From: an uncultured virus (IMG/VR IMGVR_UViG_3300024999_000046)
Taxonomy: Duplodnaviria; Heunggongvirae; Uroviricota; Caudoviricetes
Strand: one strand, 5' to 3'
Length of the DNA stretch: 63,831 nt
IMG/VR virus record: IMGVR_UViG_3300024999_000046
Shown here: piece by piece, positions 10,772-22,404 of the stretch
Layout: each line of letters begins with the position of its first letter
How positions within the stretch are numbered: the first letter of the stretch is position 1
Translations under genes and position numbers: made by a program
Notes under the pieces: generated by a model
The model's input: only the letters and a program-made list of their open reading frames with translations
Database searches by the model: none
Told to the model about the DNA's origin: nothing

Positions 10772-13054
10772 TTATTTTTTTGTATAATCCATAAGCAACT
10801 GTTGTAAATGAGTTTGCTTAGTCGATACACTAGTATGAGTAGTTGCATATCTTAATGCCTTATTTTCCGCACATAATACACAATATTCCTTTGCTCTAGT
10901 TTGCATAGTATATACCATTTCTTTCGTAAGTAATTTATAATGAGTATAATCCAAGGCTGCGATCACATATTTGATTCCCGATCCCTGCATCTTATGGCAA
11001 GTTCCTGCATATCCGAGAGCAATATGTTTCAAATGGGCTTTAGGAATGTATATATTGCCTTTATTATTGAAATTGACAACCAATGTTCTCCTATGAATAT
11101 CCATACCTACGACTATTCCTAAATCACCATTGAAAATGGGAACTTCATCACCATTCTCATTTAATGCTTCATAGTTATTTTTATTGTTTAATACTTTATC
11201 TCCAATAAAAATAGTAAAAGGATATTTTGAACCTTCTCCAATTAGTAATTTTGTACTAACATTTGTATCAATTGCAATATCTTGTAGTAAATTATTGAGA
11301 TAATAGGCACTTGCTTTTCCTCTATTTTTCATTGGAACTATTACTTGAATATCAAAAATATCATCTGTTTTTGGCAATAGTTCTTTGAAGTGTGCTACAA
11401 CTCTTTTAGGAGTAGTATCTTTATTTGTGTAAATGTCTAATTCAAAATCTTGCAACTCCCCTCTAATTTCTTTACCAATAAAATTTTTATCAATTATTTG
11501 CTTTTTGTCCTTTATCTTTATACTCTCTGTAACTATGGCTGATTTTTCTGCTTGCCTATGTATCTGTGTTAATTTCACTACTTTAATATAACCACTCTCT
11601 ATCATATCGAACATCACATTTCCTACTCCAATGGCCTCTAATTGATGTTCATCTCCTAGCATAATTAGTTTAGATCCCGATTCGATAGCTTGAATTAATT
11701 TATAATAAATATCTGCTCCCACCATAGACCACTCATCTAAGATAATAATATCTTTAGGCAGTTTATTGCTTTTATTATAAACAAAACCAATTTTAGGATT
11801 ATACCCAAGCAATCTATGTATTGTGTATCCATCTTCACCAGTAATATCACTCAAATTACAAGAAGCTCTACCTGACAAAGCTGTTTGAGCAAAAGTATAA
11901 TTATCCTTAAATACTTCTAACATTCCTGCTACAGTACTGCTCTTGCCCACACCTGCCCCACCAATTATTGCTACAACTTGATATTCTAATATTGCTTGAA
12001 TACCTTCAATTTGTTCATCTGTAAATTCCCAACCTTGTCTCTCTTCTAACCCTTTAATCTTTGTTTTCCAATCACCAATCCCAAATGTATTTTCAACTGA
12101 GTTTAATCTATGGAGTTCTTCAGCAATATTTTTTTCTAATTTGAAATATTTCATCAATCCTACTCTGTCTTTATCTTCATTAGTCCATATTATTTTCTTA
12201 TCATTCATTTCTTTCAATGCTTCAGATAAAATTTCTTGTGGTAAATCAGCACTAATTGATCCATCAACAGCATCTAATAAATCATCAATATCTACCCATG
12301 TATTGCCTATGTTTGCTTCTTCATAAAGATAGTATTTAACATATGCTTTAATTCTGTTGATTGAGTATTCTCCCAATCCTCCTTCTAATGCCATTTCATC
12401 TGCTGTTTCCCATCCTATTCCATCCACTTCATCAATTAATAAGTATGGATTTTCATTGATTTTAGAAATGACTGTATTAGGACTTCCAAAATAATCAACT
12501 AATTTATCAATCATATGTTTGGTTAAACCATATTTATCTAATTCAACATATGCTTCAGAATAATCTTTACCATTTTCATACTTTTCTATTAGCTTTAATG
12601 CTGTAGGAACGGCAATTCCTTTAATGGTGCATAACGCCTTAACGTCTTTATTCTCTAATATTTCCATTGGATTTTCAAATGCTTTGAATATATCTACACA
12701 TTGTTTTTCAGGAAGTATTTTTTCTAAAAATTTATACTGATCAGATTTATTGGTTAATTTTATATCTGTACACATAAATAATACTTGATATTGCAATCCA
12801 AACTTTTCATTGTCAACCTCTTTGCCTGTTACAATATAGATTTCATCATCGTTAATTTCACACATATTTCCAGTTAATGTAATAGTCCCCCATTTATTTG
12901 TTTGAGGTTCGCCTTGCAAAACATCTAATACAGTAGCAGAGATTATACCGAAATCTCCACTACCGATTATCTTGTCTTTAGGAAACATTTGTTTTGATAA
13001 ACGGACTTTACACTTTACTAATATATCTTCATAATCTTCTTCCAAATGTATCAC
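10772..13054 (-). CDS. recD2: RecD2/TraA-like SF1B helicase
   Basis: N-terminal OB and HhH region, Walker A GGAGVGKS, TIHRLL, DEWSM, GDEHQL, HRQA, FNGDLG, CHKMQGS. Confidence 0.9.
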   Translation of the reverse strand: MIHLEEDYEDILVKCKVRLSKQMFPKDKIIGSGDFGIISATVLDVLQGEPQTNKWGTITLTGNMCEINDDEIYIVTGKEVDNEKFGLQYQVLFMCTDIKLTNKSDQYKFLEKILPEKQCVDIFKAFENPMEILENKDVKALCTIKGIAVPTALKLIEKYENGKDYSEAYVELDKYGLTKHMIDKLVDYFGSPNTVISKINENPYLLIDEVDGIGWETADEMALEGGLGEYSINRIKAYVKYYLYEEANIGNTWVDIDDLLDAVDGSISADLPQEILSEALKEMNDKKIIWTNEDKDRVGLMKYFKLEKNIAEELHRLNSVENTFGIGDWKTKIKGLEERQGWEFTDEQIEGIQAILEYQVVAIIGGAGVGKSSTVAGMLEVFKDNYTFAQTALSGRASCNLSDITGEDGYTIHRLLGYNPKIGFVYNKSNKLPKDIIILDEWSMVGADIYYKLIQAIESGSKLIMLGDEHQLEAIGVGNVMFDMIESGYIKVVKLTQIHRQAEKSAIVTESIKIKDKKQIIDKNFIGKEIRGELQDFELDIYTNKDTTPKRVVAHFKELLPKTDDIFDIQVIVPMKNRGKASAYYLNNLLQDIAIDTNVSTKLLIGEGSKYPFTIFIGDKVLNNKNNYEALNENGDEVPIFNGDLGIVVGMDIHRRTLVVNFNNKGNIYIPKAHLKHIALGYAGTCHKMQGSGIKYVIAALDYTHYKLLTKEMVYTMQTRAKEYCVLCAENKALRYATTHTSVSTKQTHLQQLLMDYTKK

Positions 13055-13063
13055 TCCTTTAAT

Positions 13064-16000
13064 TTATTCCACTAATTGTACTCTATCATTTTGAAGAATT
13101 AATTCATTGTCTTCTCTGACTTCTACAATTTTAGATAGAGCATGTTGATAAATACTGTTTTTGTATCTTTTTGGTTTAAAGATATCTCCTCTTCTGAATC
13201 CCGTGACCATGATCAAACTACCTCTAGAAAACCATCCATTTTCCAATACTACTTTTTTGATTTTACCATTCTCATCTGCTATTCCTACATCTTTAGATAT
13301 GGTTTTATCATAGAAAGAGAATTGACCTGCATAAAATTTTAATGTTACAACCCCAGTAGGTGTTAATATAGTTACTGAGTGTTTATTTTTGTCTCTATCT
13401 AATACAGTCCCTACAATTCTATTTAATTGAAATTTGGGATATTGTAATCCTTTGTATTTAGTGAATCCGATTACTACAGGTTCTTCAGGTAAATTATTAA
13501 AATCTACTACTCCATATTTTTCTTGATCAATGTCTGCAAGTTCATGTCCAGCTTCCTTGCTATAAAAACTCATGCTTGCCATTTCCCAAGAACTAATATT
13601 CCCCTGCATATTCTCATTTTTAATATTTTGAAAAATATTATTCGTATATGTGTATATGCATTCTTCTGTATTTATCCATTTATTTAATTGAGCAATTTTA
13701 TTTTTATAAATAGATTCAAAAGATCCCTTACGTGGGGTTCCCAACGCTATTAATAAATATCCTTCTTCATCATATTTATAATCTTTGTTTTCCTCCATTT
13801 CATTAGCAAAATTCTCCAAAAAGAAATTATTTGCATATTCGGTGTCCTCTTCGTTGAATTGATCGTGTATTTTGTGCCAAGTAATGGTTTTTGTTTGCTC
13901 ATCTTTTTGCTTTGGCATACTCATTAAATATTCTCTAAAATTGTAAAATTTTATTTCATCTTTTAAATTAGAAGGTATAATTCCCATTTCTGCAATTTTA
14001 GAGATATCTTTAGAGTTTAATTTTTGTTTTGAAGGATTTAATAGTCGTAAATAGTTTTCCAATATTTCTTCTCTTGGTTTATTTTCAATTTTATCAAATG
14101 CTCCTGCCTTAATTAGCATTATTGTTTGACCTTCTGCTACTAAAGACCTCATTTGTGTTTTGCCAGTTTTTAAAGTCACCTCTTTTTTTACCAAAACTAA
14201 TCTATTATGAAAATCTTCTAAATTTGCATATGGTCTATTTTGCATTATAGTTTGTGCTGTTTCGTTGTTGATTTTCATAATTCCTTTGAATCCAAAAATA
14301 ATTTCATTGTTTTCTTCATTGGGTAAAAATCCTTGTTCTGCTTTATTTACATAAGGCAACGATATATTGATTTTTTTTGCTTGTAATTTGCCGATTGCTT
14401 TTGCAATTTCTCCATAATTGGTGGTTCTTTCTTTTGCTTCAATATCGGAATCATCACAGGTTTCTCTATCAACTGCTCCTGATTCCACCATTAAAACTGC
14501 TGTATTCCAATAGATAGGGGGATAGTAATAAACCAAATTCAATTGCTGAATGAGAATAATTGTATACGCCACGGCATGAAGTATGGAAAATGAATATCCC
14601 AACTGTAAGGCTATTTGTTCATTCCAAATATATTCTAATAAAATTTTAGGAGCATTAGCTTTTTCTCCCCATTCAAAAAACAGTGTTTTAGCATCATCAA
14701 TTAGTTTTTGTTGTTTTTTAGCTACGCCTTTTCTCAATTTATTACTCTCTATTACTCCAAATCCTGCAACATCGCTATCCATAGTTAAAAGCATCATTCG
14801 CTCTTGGCTTGAACATACTCCATTATCTTGAAGCAAATGTCTTTCCATTATGTTAATTTGTTCTTCATTTAATCCGAACTTTTTCATGTCCTTATACCAT
14901 TCAGAAATATTATTTTTATATCTAACGAATTTCTCTAATGGTTGTTCTCCATTTTCCACCATTAACCTCATAACTGTATTTCCGTTAGAAGCATCAATTA
15001 AATTTTGCGGTTGAATTAATTTAATTGCTTGCTCCCCGACTGACGATTCAAATTGGAAACAAGAGAGTAATTCACCTCTACACAAAATATCCCACATTTC
15101 TTTTGATTTGAAATCTATAACGTCTGGATGTAGATATTTATTATATGTTTTTCTCAAACTTCCTTGCCATTCAATTTTGTTATTTTTAACTAGCATCTCC
15201 ATTGTTAATTGAAGCATTGATTCTGTTTTGGTATTTAAGAAGTCATATTTTAAATTTGATACTTGTTCTGAATCGTGTAATTCATATGCAGATATTAATT
15301 CTCCACTTGGACTTCTCATTACTGAATTATGTTTTGTGATTGGTTCATTGAGTATCAAAATTCCGCAAGCGTGGGTTGATCTTTTATTAATCAATCCTTC
15401 AATTCCTAGAATGACATTTAGTAAATTTTTATCCGTATACTCGCTTACCATATTTCTAAATTCGGTTACTGCTTTTCTTCCATTGTCTGGATCTCCATAG
15501 AAACAATCATGAATGCTCCACACTTTTCCTCTTTCTACAGGTACTAAAGAACTTAGATATAATGCAACATCATTGTTGATATGTAATCCTCTGCAAGCTG
15601 TTTGAATAGCTGATTTAGATGTTTCTGTTCCAAAGGTGCATACCCTTATCGCATCTCCACCAATGCTTTGATAATATTTTACTACTTTATCCATTACTAC
15701 ATCTTTTTTATGAGAACTATAATCTATATCAATATCAAAAATGTCCGGCCTCTCTGCACTCATAAATCTCCAATGAGGCATTTCAACACCTTGTTCTAAT
15801 GGATTTACTTGAGTAATGCCTAATAGATAATTGATAATATATCCATTAGCAGATCCCCTTCCTGGCCCAACAAATGATTCAGCTTCTTCCCAAATAATAT
15901 CTACATTTTTTTGCATAGTATTTAGATATGCTCCCATTGGTTGATGTTTAGCCTTGCTTGCTCCTGTGATTTCTTTACATTCAATATTAACTCTTTCTAA

Positions 16001-17143
16001 TACATCGTCTAATTTTTCTTTTTTGATTTCTCTTTCTGCTATTCCTTTAAATGTTTGAGTAATCAAGAAAGTATGTTGCTCTTCTTTATCTTCATAAAGT
16101 TCTTTTATATATGGATAATTACTTAATATTTTTTGATTAACTGGATACCACTCTGATTTTTCAGGTAATTCCCTCAAAGGAATAATAGATTCAGCAAAGA
16201 AATCATATCCTACAACTTTATCAGCAATTTCTTTAGTATTTAATATTGCTTTTTCAATATCCTCAATTTCTAAATAATCCATATTCTTAAATATCTCATC
16301 CACTGTAAAAAAATGAGTTGTGCTATAAAACATATCTACTTCACGATTATTGTTTAAATCATCTTCTGAAGTTAAGAATGCTTTATGAATTTCTCTATCT
16401 TTTGCTGTTAAATAATGTGCATCGGTTGTCACTATCCATTTTATATTGTAAGCCTTTGCTACTTTTACCGCCATTTTATTGAAGTCTATTTGTTCCTGTT
16501 GTAAAGAGGGTTGGAGTTCGATGTAGAAATCTTCTCCAAATAAATCAAGACACCAATTTAAAAAGTCATCCAATTCATCTTTTATTTGTTCTTGAATCTC
16601 TTCATTTTCTTCTTGTAATAGACTCAAAATCAAGTGTGGTAACATTCCTCCAAGACAGGCACTTGATGCTATCAAATGCCCTTTATTTTCTCCTAAAATT
16701 GATTCTATATCACTATAGAAAGTAGGAACTCTTTCAACACCTTTATAGCTGAATAATCTCGTCCATGCTCTAGTGGATAGTTCTCTCATTTGCTCATGAC
16801 CTTCATTATCCTTGGCTAAAATTAAAAAATGATAGAATTTAGGTTTTTTATTTTGATCCTTCGTTTCTTCATACATTATTTCTTCATCAACTAAATATAT
16901 TTCATTCCCTAGAATTGGCTTAAAATCTCTATGTATCTTATCTTTAGATTTTAATTCCTTTACTGTATTTAAAAATTTAATGTGAGAACTAACAGATTCA
17001 TGCTCGGTTACTGCCATTGCCATATTTCCTAGTTCAGCAACATATAGAATCATATCTTTGACTTTATTTATGGCATCGCGAAAACGGGTGTTGCTATATT
17101 CTGTATGAGTGTGTAAATGAACAAAATCACTATCCTGTAGCAA
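13064..17143 (-). CDS. dnaE: DNA polymerase III alpha subunit (YorL-like)
   Basis: PHP 'HLHTHTEYS', GPGRGSA, DIDID, THACG, KYDFL, GYSFS..HA. Confidence 0.95.
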   Translation of the reverse strand: MLQDSDFVHLHTHTEYSNTRFRDAINKVKDMILYVAELGNMAMAVTEHESVSSHIKFLNTVKELKSKDKIHRDFKPILGNEIYLVDEEIMYEETKDQNKKPKFYHFLILAKDNEGHEQMRELSTRAWTRLFSYKGVERVPTFYSDIESILGENKGHLIASSACLGGMLPHLILSLLQEENEEIQEQIKDELDDFLNWCLDLFGEDFYIELQPSLQQEQIDFNKMAVKVAKAYNIKWIVTTDAHYLTAKDREIHKAFLTSEDDLNNNREVDMFYSTTHFFTVDEIFKNMDYLEIEDIEKAILNTKEIADKVVGYDFFAESIIPLRELPEKSEWYPVNQKILSNYPYIKELYEDKEEQHTFLITQTFKGIAEREIKKEKLDDVLERVNIECKEITGASKAKHQPMGAYLNTMQKNVDIIWEEAESFVGPGRGSANGYIINYLLGITQVNPLEQGVEMPHWRFMSAERPDIFDIDIDYSSHKKDVVMDKVVKYYQSIGGDAIRVCTFGTETSKSAIQTACRGLHINNDVALYLSSLVPVERGKVWSIHDCFYGDPDNGRKAVTEFRNMVSEYTDKNLLNVILGIEGLINKRSTHACGILILNEPITKHNSVMRSPSGELISAYELHDSEQVSNLKYDFLNTKTESMLQLTMEMLVKNNKIEWQGSLRKTYNKYLHPDVIDFKSKEMWDILCRGELLSCFQFESSVGEQAIKLIQPQNLIDASNGNTVMRLMVENGEQPLEKFVRYKNNISEWYKDMKKFGLNEEQINIMERHLLQDNGVCSSQERMMLLTMDSDVAGFGVIESNKLRKGVAKKQQKLIDDAKTLFFEWGEKANAPKILLEYIWNEQIALQLGYSFSILHAVAYTIILIQQLNLVYYYPPIYWNTAVLMVESGAVDRETCDDSDIEAKERTTNYGEIAKAIGKLQAKKINISLPYVNKAEQGFLPNEENNEIIFGFKGIMKINNETAQTIMQNRPYANLEDFHNRLVLVKKEVTLKTGKTQMRSLVAEGQTIMLIKAGAFDKIENKPREEILENYLRLLNPSKQKLNSKDISKIAEMGIIPSNLKDEIKFYNFREYLMSMPKQKDEQTKTITWHKIHDQFNEEDTEYANNFFLENFANEMEENKDYKYDEEGYLLIALGTPRKGSFESIYKNKIAQLNKWINTEECIYTYTNNIFQNIKNENMQGNISSWEMASMSFYSKEAGHELADIDQEKYGVVDFNNLPEEPVVIGFTKYKGLQYPKFQLNRIVGTVLDRDKNKHSVTILTPTGVVTLKFYAGQFSFYDKTISKDVGIADENGKIKKVVLENGWFSRGSLIMVTGFRRGDIFKPKRYKNSIYQHALSKIVEVREDNELILQNDRVQLVE

Positions 17144-17783
17144 TATCTAATTCCTCCTCTTCCTTCTTTATTATGCTGTCTATAAATAAATCAGATTTAG
17201 TATTTGTCTCTTGAAGAAACACTACCCATTCGTCCATAGTCATATCTCTTTTCCCTAAATTTTCGAATAGTGTTAAAAATTGATAATTATTTATTTCTTG
17301 TGTACCACCTTTGGATTTTGGCACAATATGATCGACTGAAGGTTTATACCAATTATAAAAGGTATTATTTGAATTTATTTTATTCTCTTTAATCCAATAC
17401 AGATAAATTAAATTAAATTGCTTATCTATGTAAAACTTCTCAATGAACTGTTTGTAAAATATTATATCTTGGTTTGTTGGGTTACAATGCACAAACGCCT
17501 TATGTAAGAAAGCATATTTTTTAAAATCATCAAATTTATCTACATATTCAAATTCTATAGGTATTTTAGTTGTTGCTACTAGATGGGCTTTTTCTCTAAT
17601 ACAACCACAACTTTGCTGTATGCGTGCTTTCCCATTAACAGCCCTTTGTTCTATTACTATTTTATTACCACAGTCACATTGAAATAACCACTCTCTCGTT
17701 TTTCTACCACTCTTCCTTTCTGGAACCAAAGAAATAGCTACTAGTTTCCCAAATCTTTTCCCCTCAATATTTATTGGTATCAT
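17130..17783 (-). CDS. Free-standing HNH homing endonuclease
   Basis: N-terminal 'GKRFGKL...WLFQCDCGN...SCGC'; C-terminal 'SVDHIVPKSKGG...NYQFL..EN'. Confidence 0.75.
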   Translation of the reverse strand: MIPINIEGKRFGKLVAISLVPERKSGRKTREWLFQCDCGNKIVIEQRAVNGKARIQQSCGCIREKAHLVATTKIPIEFEYVDKFDDFKKYAFLHKAFVHCNPTNQDIIFYKQFIEKFYIDKQFNLIYLYWIKENKINSNNTFYNWYKPSVDHIVPKSKGGTQEINNYQFLTLFENLGKRDMTMDEWVVFLQETNTKSDLFIDSIIKKEEEELDIATG

Positions 17784-17836
17784 TGTTAATTTTATCTCTC
17801 CTTTATTGTATCACATAATATTATTTATTTCAATAT

Positions 17837-19648
17837 TTAAAACTTAAAATCTTTTTCCTTACTTGCATTGAATGCAATTACTTCGATTTGAGGGAATTCC
17901 ATTCCATTCCATTTATTAATTGAAAATTCTCCAATAATATCTAATTTAACTTTATTGTTTTTCTTAGATAATCCTTTATGATTTTTCATAATCATTTCAT
18001 TGTACAGATTTTCACCTGCAAACTTTTTAATAAATACTATTTTATTATTCCCTATTGTTTTTTCAAATCTAATCAAATTTCTTTTATCTCCTATTAATTG
18101 AATATCTTCTACTTTGAGCGACACATCTGTAATAGCAAAAATTGGTTTCTTCAATGTATTTCCCCAAATATCTGCCCATTGACCTACTTGAAGAATATGT
18201 TTTTCTTTTAATCTTCCAATAGGGATTTCATAATCTACCATATAAACATCTTCTATATTTACATCTTTAAACATTTCATTTAATTTATTTTGTGTATCTT
18301 GAATTTTACTTTCTTTAATCTTAAACCCTCCGGCATTGGGATGACCTCCTAACATAATAAAAGTATCAATTTCTCTCAATACATCCATAAAGGATTCTAC
18401 AGGGAATAGGTCATAACTTCTAAAACTTCCTCCAAATATTAATTCCTGTTCTTTATTTTTTAATTCGTCTTTATGCATTTGTTTTAAGATAATTATCGGA
18501 CGTTTATAAATACTCGCCAACTTGTTAGCAACTAACCCCGAAAAGGATTTTTCTAATATATCAGTAGCATTAACTATAATTATTTTATTATTATTTAATT
18601 TCTGCGATTCAATTATTTCTACCAAATCTTCCATTGATTTTTTGACTAATTTATCTTGTCTGGCTTTAATATTAGTAGTTTCCCGAATCATGCACTCTTG
18701 CAAGGTTTGTATTATTATTTCTGGTTTAGGATCTGTCTTGCATTTTCTTCTTGGTTGATATTCTTTTTTCTCTTCTTTGCCTAAGAATGCATTTATTAAA
18801 TCTTTTCTTTCTTCAGCATTGCCTATTCTTGTAACTGCATTAACAAAAGGTGCAATCTTCCATCCAACGAATGAAAAGTTAATATTCTCTCCTTCAATAA
18901 CCTTATTTTTTACTAGAAATTGTTTCATAAATTCATTATTTATCTTTTTTAAACCTTCTATTGCTAAATATCGTGTTTCATAATTTCTCAAGTCCATAGA
19001 GTCTGCTATCATGCCTATTGCTACTAAATCTAAATTATTTTCAGCAAAATTAAATCCAAATTTTTTATCATATTCTTTAATAAATTTATAAACTACTCCT
19101 GCACCAGACAATGTAATATTGGGATATTGACCATCTTGGCAATTAATAACTACTGCATAAGGATTAATTTCTTCTATTTCGTGATGATCCAAAATTAGTA
19201 TATCTACGTCTCTTGTTTCCACTAACTCTTTACATTGTTTAACATCTGAAGAACCTGCATCTGGTACAATCAATAAATTGAAATCATATTCTTCAAGACT
19301 TTTCACTACAATTCCATGCACTTTCTTTTCGTTCATAGAATGTGTAATTATGATATTTGGATTAATATTCAAGATATAATTATCAATTATTGTGCCTGAT
19401 GTAGTGCCATCAACGTCCACATCAACTATAATATGTATTTTACTATTATTTTCAATGTGCCAATGAAGCATATCTAATCCTCTATCCATATTTTTAAATA
19501 ACATTCCATCATGTACGGAAGATTCACTTACATTTAGCATTTTTTTTGGATTTTCCACACCTCTATTTTTCAATAAAATATCTAACAGTTCATTTTCACT
19601 AATTAAATCGTAACCTCGATTTAACACCTTGTATTTTATAATAAACAT
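17837..19648 (-). CDS. recJ: RecJ-like DHH exonuclease (YorK-like)
   Basis: DVDVDG, PDAGS, LDHH, LSGAGV, GMIAD, GGHPNAGG. Confidence 0.9.
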   Translation of the reverse strand: MFIIKYKVLNRGYDLISENELLDILLKNRGVENPKKMLNVSESSVHDGMLFKNMDRGLDMLHWHIENNSKIHIIVDVDVDGTTSGTIIDNYILNINPNIIITHSMNEKKVHGIVVKSLEEYDFNLLIVPDAGSSDVKQCKELVETRDVDILILDHHEIEEINPYAVVINCQDGQYPNITLSGAGVVYKFIKEYDKKFGFNFAENNLDLVAIGMIADSMDLRNYETRYLAIEGLKKINNEFMKQFLVKNKVIEGENINFSFVGWKIAPFVNAVTRIGNAEERKDLINAFLGKEEKKEYQPRRKCKTDPKPEIIIQTLQECMIRETTNIKARQDKLVKKSMEDLVEIIESQKLNNNKIIIVNATDILEKSFSGLVANKLASIYKRPIIILKQMHKDELKNKEQELIFGGSFRSYDLFPVESFMDVLREIDTFIMLGGHPNAGGFKIKESKIQDTQNKLNEMFKDVNIEDVYMVDYEIPIGRLKEKHILQVGQWADIWGNTLKKPIFAITDVSLKVEDIQLIGDKRNLIRFEKTIGNNKIVFIKKFAGENLYNEMIMKNHKGLSKKNNKVKLDIIGEFSINKWNGMEFPQIEVIAFNASKEKDFKF

Positions 19649-19654
19649 CTCCCT

Positions 19655-20797
19655 TTATTTTATCATTTCTCTCAATTCTTCTAGATCATCTATGTAATGT
19701 CGTTCTCTATATAGTTCTTCAAATGTTTCTTTTCCAAAATCTATCGGTGAGTCCTTGTATCCAATTCTAAAATCCCAACACACTATTATTGAAACATTGC
19801 AATATGGTATAAGCATTTCTGATATTTTTATTAATCCTTTGATGTAATTCTCATACTCTTTCCATGCTTTAGAATTTCTATCAATATTCTCATCATCAAT
19901 TAATTCTATTTGATATTGTTTATCAAAACAAATTGTTACTTCTTCTACTCCTAATGAAAGCAACAAATCTCTTTGATGTAATGAAAATGACATTCCACAT
20001 AGGGCAAGGCTTATGTTGTTTTCTTGACCAAAATAACTTCCGTAAAGCATAACTGCTTTTTCAGACTCAAATAATATTGCTTTCTTTATTTTTCTTATGT
20101 TTTCTTGATTTTGATATATTCCAAACAAATTAAATGCAATTGGATATCTATAAGTTAGTCCTTGAATAGTGATTGGTATATATTTTTTGCCACTATTCAC
20201 TTGGTATTGTAGAAAATTTCTTCCCCTTATCCCTACTAAATTTCCATTGATATCGGGATGGGGAATTATACATTTAAATTGATTCATACAAAATTTTATT
20301 TGAAAAATATTAGCAATTTCATCTGTGATCCCTTCCTTATACCATGACATAGGCATATAATCATCGAACATATTTAATATATACTTATTGTAGGAGGGCA
20401 ATTTAACTAATTGTTTTTCTTTTTTATGCAGATGGAGTTTTAGAAATTTTAAATCTTCATTCTCAATTTCTTTTTTTTGTAGACCTTTTTTCTTTTTAGT
20501 GAAATTAGTTATGTTTTTAAACTTGCAAAGGTAAGCAAATGCCTCTTGAAAAATAATATTTTTAGTAGACATAATTAAATCAAAAAGACTCATTGAACCA
20601 CATGAAGTATAACATTTGAAGAACTTACTATCTATATAGTAATAAAGTTTATGACTTTTTCCTCCATGACATACGGTTGAAAAAAGTAATACGTTGTCAT
20701 TGTTTTTGTCTTTTCTAGGACTCCCCGAACCTAAATCATTTAAAATGCTAATAACATCTTCTGTTGTCACCAACTCCATTAATTCATCTCTGTCCAT
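19655..20797 (-). CDS. DNA primase (YorJ-like)
   Basis: Zn finger CH...CYTSC, IRGR, TOPRIM 'FESEK...FD', position next to helicase. Confidence 0.8.
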   Translation of the reverse strand: MDRDELMELVTTEDVISILNDLGSGSPRKDKNNDNVLLFSTVCHGGKSHKLYYYIDSKFFKCYTSCGSMSLFDLIMSTKNIIFQEAFAYLCKFKNITNFTKKKKGLQKKEIENEDLKFLKLHLHKKEKQLVKLPSYNKYILNMFDDYMPMSWYKEGITDEIANIFQIKFCMNQFKCIIPHPDINGNLVGIRGRNFLQYQVNSGKKYIPITIQGLTYRYPIAFNLFGIYQNQENIRKIKKAILFESEKAVMLYGSYFGQENNISLALCGMSFSLHQRDLLLSLGVEEVTICFDKQYQIELIDDENIDRNSKAWKEYENYIKGLIKISEMLIPYCNVSIIVCWDFRIGYKDSPIDFGKETFEELYRERHYIDDLEELREMIK

Positions 20798-20799
20798 TA

Positions 20800-22404
20800 T
20801 TAATCACTCGTTTCAATGACTTTATCTTCTAATTCAATTAATGTTTTATCAATTGATATTGGTTCATAGTCTCTATTTGTACAAAATAAATCAATAGTTT
20901 TCATATTCCCTAAGTTTTGATAGCACCATATTTTAACTTCTTCAGTAATTTCTCCAAATCTATTTTTATATACTGTATAACATACGTTAGGCACTATGGT
21001 TTTATTTAATCCTTTTGCTTTTGGAATCAAAGGTTGAATAAAATCAAGTTCTTTTTTTGTTGGTGCAAATACGGTAATGCCTACATCACATTTATTGGGA
21101 AGTGATCTAGCACCTTTTACAGCTCTTTGATCTCTAAATCCATCTACTCTTGCTCCATCAGTGGTTTGTGTAAATCCAAAAATAATAATATCATAATCCG
21201 TTGCTAGTGTTTTTGTATTGGAGGAAAGACTTAATAATACCTGATCTTCTCTGGCAGTCATTCCCTTAGTTAATTGAACATACTCAGAAGTTAATGCTAT
21301 AGTTAATTCAAGATAATCAATAGCTAAAGCATCTAATCCTTCATTAATTTTATATCTATCTACTGTATTTCTTATGTATGCTAGGTCATAATTTGGTTCA
21401 TCTTCTAAAAACAATTTTGTATTTTTAACATATTCAATAGCTTTATCGACTCTGATTTCTTCTTCTTCTGTCATGATATTTTTCTTAATCTTAAATTCTT
21501 CTACTCCGCTAACAAATGCCCACATCATAGGTTCTAATTCTTCATAGATTTTCATTTCTGTTCCTATATATAATCCAACATTATTTTGTCCATTTGGATT
21601 GGGAACAAAATCATTTTTATCAAAATCCCATAAATGTGAACAACATATTAAGAGCAATCTCTCTATAGCAACGCGCGTCTTGCCTTTTCCACTATCCCTT
21701 GTTTCTAGGAAAAATCCACCTTTTAATGCTCCTCTTGTAAGTGTATTTAAATATTTACTTTCTAGTCCATATCCATAACAAGGGGATTCCTTCATTTTTA
21801 CTCTTAATTCATCTGCATAATCTCCAGCTTTTCTACGTTTTGTTGAATCTCTTATTAAAAACTTTTCTTTGACGTTGAAGTTTTTCCTATCAAAATGTTG
21901 TTGAACTTCACTTAGTGTCATAGATTCGAATTTTTCTTGCTGTTGCTTGATAATTATATGGTCTATCTCATCCATATCTAAGATTCCAGATACATCTGTT
22001 CCTTCATTCATATAACTTCTTAGTAGCGATAATTTTCTTAGCTTATTATAATAATATTCATAATTTGTATTGTTACCATCTTCGTATATTTGAGATAACC
22101 ATTCAATATTTTTTTCATTATCAAAAATCATTTTATATGACTTAGGATCATTTGTGTTTAAGTATGTTTCTATATCTGCTATTTTTACTTCATTCAATCC
22201 TTGAAGAGACAAATTATATACACAAGTATGAATTAATTGGTGTAATCCATTTGGAAAATCGTCTTTATGTAACGCATATTTTTTATCTTTTAATAAATTT
22301 GGACTCTTCATTATACAACCTAATACTTGACAAGAGGTTCTTTTATCATGATATTTTTCAATTTGCTTCTTAGTTATCTTCATCCTGTTCCTCCTCCCAG
22401 TCAA
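20800..22404 (-). CDS. Replicative DnaB-like helicase (YorI-like); likely start 22383
   Basis: SGKGKT Walker A, TEM, IDYL, TQ, KNRFG. Confidence 0.85.
   Translation of the reverse strand: MTGRRNRMKITKKQIEKYHDKRTSCQVLGCIMKSPNLLKDKKYALHKDDFPNGLHQLIHTCVYNLSLQGLNEVKIADIETYLNTNDPKSYKMIFDNEKNIEWLSQIYEDGNNTNYEYYYNKLRKLSLLRSYMNEGTDVSGILDMDEIDHIIIKQQQEKFESMTLSEVQQHFDRKNFNVKEKFLIRDSTKRRKAGDYADELRVKMKESPCYGYGLESKYLNTLTRGALKGGFFLETRDSGKGKTRVAIERLLLICCSHLWDFDKNDFVPNPNGQNNVGLYIGTEMKIYEELEPMMWAFVSGVEEFKIKKNIMTEEEEIRVDKAIEYVKNTKLFLEDEPNYDLAYIRNTVDRYKINEGLDALAIDYLELTIALTSEYVQLTKGMTAREDQVLLSLSSNTKTLATDYDIIIFGFTQTTDGARVDGFRDQRAVKGARSLPNKCDVGITVFAPTKKELDFIQPLIPKAKGLNKTIVPNVCYTVYKNRFGEITEEVKIWCYQNLGNMKTIDLFCTNRDYEPISIDKTLIELEDKVIETSD

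Noticed and set aside
13064..17143. Intein or intron in dnaE
   Set aside because: No intein terminal motifs or frame break seen; length is compatible with an uninterrupted phage DnaE
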